Shown here piece by piece: positions 58,704 to 64,000 of a stretch of DNA of 64,000 nucleotides (position 1 is the first letter of the stretch; every line of letters begins with the position of its first letter). The DNA lies in the NCBI GenBank assembly GCA_039809385.1, contig JBDHUY010000001.1, positions 134,757 through 198,756 of the forward strand, in the 5' to 3' direction. Source of the DNA: Candidatus Altimarinota bacterium. GTDB taxonomy: Bacteria; Patescibacteriota; Gracilibacteria; JBDHUY01. A program made the position numbers and the translations under genes. The notes beneath the pieces are model-generated. The model ran no database searches. It saw nothing but the letters and a program-made list of their open reading frames with translations, and was not told the origin of the DNA.

Positions 58704-59093
58704 ATGGTTTATGATCCATTACAGCACCACCGCCGGTCCATTCGACTAAAAAACTACGATTATACCGCTTCAGGATATTATTTCCTGACGATGTGTACAC
58801 AGAAACGGGTGTGTTTATTTGGAGAGGTGGTAGAAGGGAGGATGGAAATAAACATAGCTGGCCGCATGATAAGGAAATGGTGGTTTACACTGGCAGAGAA
58901 ATTTTCAAATGTACGTTTAGACGGGCATATAGTCATGCCAAATCATTTTCATGGAATTATTGAAATAACCAACCGAAATCTACCGGTTGGGGCAGACCCC
59001 TCCGTTGGGACCGTTGAAGCAGATGCGCCTGTTGGGGCAGACCCGCGTGTCTGCCCTGTCCCTATCTATCCTACCGCCGTCCGGCGGACATGA
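58704..59093 (+). pseudogene. Truncated REP-associated tyrosine transposase (RAYT/TnpA-REP)
   Basis: RRSIRLKNYDY...YFLTMCT, VMPNHFHGII (HUH); the usual C-terminal half with the catalytic Tyr is absent and the ORF runs into the convergent gene. Confidence 0.8.
58986..59057 (+). repeat. REP-like hairpin repeats inside the RAYT ORF
   Basis: GTTGGGGCAGACCC twice (58986, 59031); second copy is a full hairpin GGGCAGAC-ccgcgt-GTCTGCCC. Confidence 0.75.
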
Positions 59094-59748
59094 TATTGAG
59101 AATATTGATGAACAGGTTAAAGAAATCCAGATACAAAGCCAATGCGGCCTCCAGAAACATATTGTCGGGATAACGGGTTTTGATCATCTGAATATCGTAC
59201 ATGGTAAAACCGGAAAAAACCAGCACTACGACCCACGAGAGGAAGTAATCGAAAGCCGAACTCTGGACAAAGAAATTGACGAGAGAGGCGATGATCACGC
59301 CAATAAGTCCGACAAATAGGAATCCGCCCATTCCCGAAAGGTCGCGTCGGGTCACGGCTCCGTAGATGGCAATACCGCCAAACAGGGTAACGGTTGCCCC
59401 CAAAGCTTTGACCAACAAAGGAATACCTCCGACCGCGCTGGCCGCCCACAGAAGAGGTACTGCGGTGAATCCGCTGAAAGCGGCAAACAAGGCGAATAAC
59501 AGGTAGTTCAGTCCGCGAATCTGGCTCCAAGCCCGGGCGGTAAAGATCAGCAGCAGTTCAAGCGCAAATACACCGTAGAACATGAAAGAATTGGCAAAGA
59601 TACTCGGATAGGCCAGGATCAATTGTCCGCCTAGCACGACGCCCAGAAGACTGATCAGCAAAGCCAGCCCGAAAAAAGCAAAGACTTTCGAGAGAAATGC
59701 GGTCCGGCTAACGCCGGTATGGACATGGGTTTGATAGATCGTTTGCAT
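59071..59748 (-). CDS. Bax inhibitor-1/YccA family membrane protein
   Basis: FLSKVF, TRRDLSGMG, FSGFTMYDIQ, AALALYLDFFNLF. Confidence 0.92.
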   Translation of the reverse strand: MQTIYQTHVHTGVSRTAFLSKVFAFFGLALLISLLGVVLGGQLILAYPSIFANSFMFYGVFALELLLIFTARAWSQIRGLNYLLFALFAAFSGFTAVPLLWAASAVGGIPLLVKALGATVTLFGGIAIYGAVTRRDLSGMGGFLFVGLIGVIIASLVNFFVQSSAFDYFLSWVVVLVFSGFTMYDIQMIKTRYPDNMFLEAALALYLDFFNLFINILNIMSAGRR

Positions 59749-59863
59749 AGATAAATGGATTTATCAAATAAACTGAGTCCATTATAGCAACATTTTCTTT
59801 TTACACAATAGCACTCGTGTAGCACCAGTGCTAAAAAAACGGCATATCGTCAGGTTTGGAATG

Positions 59864-60367
59864 TTAAGCAGCTTGTTTTACGTCGGTCTTTGGGCTACTT
59901 CCCTTAGCAACTGGTTTGTTGAGAATAATATCTCTCACCTCTCCAGTTTTCTTTATCAAATCCCGAAGTTCCCGATATAAACCCGGTAACTTAGTCTTGA
60001 GCATAAAATCAATCTTTACAAATTGTTGAGCGGTAAGTTTTTCGTCACCCAAAACGCGGGTAAATTTTTCTTTAAAAGCTGCATATTCCGCCTCTGATAG
60101 GGACGTCTTCGTACGATATTCAAAAAACAGGATCAGATCTATGATATCCATGTCTTCAATAGGTTGACGAGAAACAAGAATCGCACATATTCTGGTATGG
60201 AAGTACTCGTCAAACAAACCGGTTTCGCGGTCGATAAACTCAGACTGCGGCGGCAATACAATTTCATTCTGTAACTGGAGAGAAAGGCTACTGGGCTGTA
60301 CAGGCCTAGCCTCCGCATTGACAGTTAATTCTTCAGGTGTGTGTTGGGTCTCATCCTCGCGCAACAT
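59864..60367 (-). CDS. Hypothetical protein
   Basis: 167-aa ATG ORF filling the gap between yccA-like gene and queG; no motif recognised. Confidence 0.6.
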   Translation of the reverse strand: MLREDETQHTPEELTVNAEARPVQPSSLSLQLQNEIVLPPQSEFIDRETGLFDEYFHTRICAILVSRQPIEDMDIIDLILFFEYRTKTSLSEAEYAAFKEKFTRVLGDEKLTAQQFVKIDFMLKTKLPGLYRELRDLIKKTGEVRDIILNKPVAKGSSPKTDVKQAA

Positions 60368-60477
60368 AGAATATTATCGGATAATAAAACGTAAAATATT
60401 TGCCCAAAATACTAGTCCTTTTTGGAACAAGTGACAATAATTTTTTAAAAATACTAATACGTCCTGCGAGGAACCAT

Positions 60478-61554
60478 TTATCGGTAAGAAGCGCTGCGGC
60501 TCTCGATTTCGGCAATGGCCCAGCGCGCATGCTCGCCATGAACCGGATCCGAAGCCGTAGCGATTGTATGTAAAGCGGGAAGAAGTTCGGCATTTCCGAC
60601 ATTTCCCGCCACCACGCAAGCGTTCCGGATCATCCCGAACCAGCCCGCCCGCATGAGCGGAGAACCGGCAAAGCGATGTAAAAACTCTTCCTCGGTGCGT
60701 ATACTCAGCAATTCCGAAAGCAGAAGGGCTGTAGTGGCGATCGGTTTTTCGGAAAGCGGATTAAATGCTTCCTGATCGCGTTTTGTATTAAAAGGGCAAA
60801 CCTCCTGGCAAATATCGCACCCAAAAATGCGATCTCCCATCGCCTTACGGTATTGGAGCGGAATGGCTCCCTTGTTTTCTATAGTGAGATAGGAAATACA
60901 CTTGTTCGCATCGATCACCCCGGGGCGCACGATCGCTCCCGTCGGGCAAGCCCGACTACAACGTGTACAAGAACCGCAGGAGAGCTTGTCAAAAGCAACT
61001 CCCGGCTTTGACGGCTTTGGCGGAATCTCCTGATTAGTAAAGAGCAACCCGATCAGCACCCACGATCCGGCAGCGGGGGTAATCAGACACGAGTTTTTAC
61101 CGACAAATCCCACCCCGGCGCGCTGGGCCCAGGCGCGCTCAAGCACCGGATGAGCGTCCAAAGACAGACGATAATCGTTCTTGGTCGAAGTCGGAAAAAA
61201 TTGCTGCCGGAGCGAATCGGTCAGACGAACGAGCATTTTTTTGATCACCTTGTGGTAATCCCGTCCATAAGCATAGCGAGCCACTTTTCCGCCATTCGGC
61301 ACCGGGGCTTGAGGATGGTAATAGGAAACGGTCCCCACGAGCACAAAACGGGCGTCTTGAAAAAACAGATGAGGATCTTTTCTCACATCTTTGGTCTTTT
61401 TCATATACTCCATATCGGCTGCGTAGCCCTGGGCAAGCCATTCCTCAAAATAAACCGATTCCTTATCCAGCGGCGTGACCGCCGCTACGCCGATCTCGCT
61501 AAATCCGATATTCTCTGCCAATAAAGAGAGACCGTCCCAAAAAGTATTCTCCAT
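60478..61554 (-). CDS. queG: Epoxyqueuosine reductase
   Basis: ARYAYGRDYH, LERAWAQRAGVGFVGKN, CGSCTRCSRACPTGA, CISYLTIE, FGCDICQEVCPFN. Confidence 0.95.
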   Translation of the reverse strand: MENTFWDGLSLLAENIGFSEIGVAAVTPLDKESVYFEEWLAQGYAADMEYMKKTKDVRKDPHLFFQDARFVLVGTVSYYHPQAPVPNGGKVARYAYGRDYHKVIKKMLVRLTDSLRQQFFPTSTKNDYRLSLDAHPVLERAWAQRAGVGFVGKNSCLITPAAGSWVLIGLLFTNQEIPPKPSKPGVAFDKLSCGSCTRCSRACPTGAIVRPGVIDANKCISYLTIENKGAIPLQYRKAMGDRIFGCDICQEVCPFNTKRDQEAFNPLSEKPIATTALLLSELLSIRTEEEFLHRFAGSPLMRAGWFGMIRNACVVAGNVGNAELLPALHTIATASDPVHGEHARWAIAEIESRSASYR

Positions 61555-61880
61555 CAGAACAAGTATATAAACTGAATTATCGCCTTCTTCTTAATTTATA
61601 TATAACATCTATTATACACCTAGTATATCCGCTTATGGGAATACATGGAATTCGGGATGAGTACCTGGATTCGGAGAAGCTCGCCCAAAGGTACTTCCTC
61701 TCACATAAAAACTAACGAACATAAAGATCCATCTCGTATTCAAGATATCCCAGCAGCTTAGAAAGATCTTAGAGGAATATTTACTGATTATAGGGATAAA
61801 CAGGAGAACTTCTGTAAAATGAAAAGTTACTCCGCATTATGACTTTTATCCTGAGCAATATTGTCTCATAAACCAGACCG

Positions 61881-61904
61881 GATTCCCACTTGCGTGGGAA
61901 TGAC
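61881..61904. repeat. ATTCCC-N8-GGGAAT-GAC palindrome (dRS3-like half element)
   Basis: GATTCCCACTTGCGTGGGAATGAC. Confidence 0.6.
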
Positions 61905-61942
61905 AGGCAAGAAATCCTTAGAGATATTCCAAAGGAAAATAT

Positions 61943-62863
61943 CTACTTCTTAACCTTCGCGGCGCTATTAGCCTCCAGTGATCCGATTAATTGCTGCATC
62001 AGTTCGGAAGTTTTACCGATACTGCTGTCCATGAATAAGACTTTTGAATTATCCGATACACCGATACTCTTGAGCGTATCCAGATACTGGGTAAGGGTAA
62101 GAATGGACATGATTTCAGCCGGATTTTGATGGGTCGCCTGTTTGACGATCTCCACCGAATGCTGCAGACCCGAAGCGATCGCTTCGCGTTCAAGCGCGAT
62201 ACCTTCTCCCTGCAGACGTTTGCGTTCTTTTTCAGCCTCAGCCTCTTTGATCGCCTGAATCTTGATCGCCTCACCTTTGTTTTCGGCGGCTTTTCTCAGC
62301 TGCTGGGAAGCTACGACCTCGGACATGGCGTTGGTGATGGTTACCGGAAAGTTCACATTGGTGATTTGGAAACTCATGATGACCATACCCCATTCTTCAA
62401 ATTGTTTTTCAAGATCATTGCGTATATGCATAGCAAGCTCGTCTTTTTTTTCCAGAATTCCCTCGTGTGTTTCTTTGGCAATATAGGTTCGCAGCGAATT
62501 TTCGATAATAGCGCCGATCGACTGATTTCGATTTTGCAGGGCGTAGGTATATTTTTTTACTCCGTCTTCGGTGGCGTTGACTTGATAGATCAGGTTGGTA
62601 GCCACATCCACTATCACCTTATCCGCGGAAGGGTATTTCCCGTCGATCGCGAAATTTTGCTGCCGGAGAGAGACTTTTTCCACGATTTTTTCCAGAAACG
62701 GGATTTTGAGATTCAATCCGGCGGCCATGATACGCCGGAATTTTCCCAGAAGTTGTATGACCAGTACCGTATTTTGATCCACGATCCGGATATTGGAAAC
62801 CAGAATCAAAAAGACTATAACCCCCACAATCGTCCAGATAACGTTCGGAGAGATATCTTGCAT
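61943..62863 (-). CDS. SPFH/band 7 domain protein
   Basis: N-terminal TM, LGKF....AGLNLKIPF, AMSEVVASQQLRKAA, AEAEAE-like coiled coil, LTQYLDTLKSIG. Confidence 0.9.
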   Translation of the reverse strand: MQDISPNVIWTIVGVIVFLILVSNIRIVDQNTVLVIQLLGKFRRIMAAGLNLKIPFLEKIVEKVSLRQQNFAIDGKYPSADKVIVDVATNLIYQVNATEDGVKKYTYALQNRNQSIGAIIENSLRTYIAKETHEGILEKKDELAMHIRNDLEKQFEEWGMVIMSFQITNVNFPVTITNAMSEVVASQQLRKAAENKGEAIKIQAIKEAEAEKERKRLQGEGIALEREAIASGLQHSVEIVKQATHQNPAEIMSILTLTQYLDTLKSIGVSDNSKVLFMDSSIGKTSELMQQLIGSLEANSAAKVKK

Positions 62864-63025
62864 ACGTCAAAGATGAATAAAAAAATAAGCTACTTTTGAT
62901 TATAGCAGGGACGTAAAAAGGATAAAGAAAAAATGATAATTGATTGTTCTAAGTTGTATTGACACTGGCATAATGGATCAATATAACTTGTAGGGTCTGT
63001 CGTTATTCTTCAACCTAATCTCACT

Positions 63026-63883
63026 ATGTCGTCTTCAACACACACAGAAAAAGCTCACAACGGTCACGGAAAAATGCTATTGCTGGTATTGGGGTCGCTC
63101 GGCGTGGTGTTTGGCGATATCGGAACCTCGCCGCTCTACGCGATCAACGAGATGTTCTTTGGGCATGGCGAAATACCGGTCACCCCGGAAAATATTTACG
63201 GGAGTATCTCACTGGTAGTGTGGGCCATCACGCTTGTAGTATGCTTCAAGTACCTGACGTTTGTGCTGCGAGCGGATAACGACGGCGAAGGCGGTGTTTT
63301 TGCTCTGTACGGACTTCTCAATACGTTCAAAAAACACTCTGTGAAAATTTTAATGCTGGTACTCATGCTTTCTGCCGGGTTACTCTTTGGCGACGGTATT
63401 ATTACCCCGGCTATCAGCGTGCTTTCGGCAGTCGAGGGATTACGGGTAGCCGCACCGGCTTTAGGTGATTATGTCGTTCCCATCACCGTTGCGATTTTAA
63501 CCGGCTTGTTTGCTATCCAGTTTAAAGGAACCGCCAAAGTTGGCACTATCTTCGGTCCCATTGTGACGATCTGGTTCATTTGTCTGGCACTACTGGGGAT
63601 CAATCAGATAATCGATCATCCTGAAATATTTTATGCATTTAATCCGATCTACGGGCTTAAATTTTTACACACGCTGGGCTGGCAAGGGAGTCTACTCCTG
63701 CTGGGAGCGGTCATGCTCGTTATAACCGGCGGGGAAGCCCTATATGCGGATATGGGCCATTTTGGCAAAAAATCGATCCGGATCGGCTGGTTCAGCCTCG
63801 TCTATCCAGCCCTGATACTCAACTACTTGGGACAGGGAGCCTATCTGCTCACTGGCAGGATAGTACAAGATAATAATATTTGA
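63026..63883 (+). pseudogene. kup: KUP/HAK/KT potassium transporter, truncated at 285 aa
   Basis: LGVVFGDIGTSPLY, ADNDGEGG, GDGIITPAISVLSAVEG, TGGEALYADMGHFG, LNYLGQGA; stops at about half of normal Kup length. Confidence 0.85.
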
Positions 63884-63947
63884 GAATGTTGATATATAGA
63901 TAGATTTAGTATAGGATGAAGGAGATTTATTACCTGAGATTCATCCT

Positions 63948-64000
63948 ATGGATAAATGCAAGAATTGCCAATCTGGAAGTATTGTAAAGAACGGGAAGGT
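63948..64000 (+). CDS. Start of a probable IS1/InsA-like zinc-ribbon transposase (3'-partial)
   Basis: MDKCKNCQSGSIVKNGK matches the CxxCxS..IVKNG pattern; only 17 codons visible. Confidence 0.55.
   Translation, partial: MDKCKNCQSGSIVKNGK

Overview
Bacterial chromosomal window in genetic code 11. Gene content (Cys-rich zinc-ribbon protein, small pilin, DUF4012/DUF3352-like proteins, Trm11-like methyltransferase, few Shine-Dalgarno sites) points to a Patescibacteria/CPR organism; this is inference. Housekeeping genes are secD, rpsB, tsf, rpsU, ndk, hisS, murJ, topA, gyrB, secF, ppa, queG, tRNA-Thr(CGT) and tRNA-Gly(CCC). Accessory content includes an IS481-like element, an SpvB/RHS toxin with an RNase tip plus barstar and an orphan toxin/immunity pair, a RelE-type TA pair, a truncated RAYT, and a kup gene apparently cut by an IS. 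The best signal is missing from the ORF track: two neighbouring minus-strand genes each sit behind a promoter, a short leader peptide and terminator/antiterminator hairpins. One leader is Met-rich (MMMAIMMMM) and precedes a DUF62/SAM-hydrolase-like gene; the other is Val/Ile/Leu-rich and precedes a degenerate nucleotidyltransferase. Other highlights are an extended Shine-Dalgarno on rpsU, SecD with about 400 aa of inserted parvulin domains, and two paralogous degenerate GHMP-kinase/winged-helix proteins. All calls come from reading motifs by eye; no searches were run.
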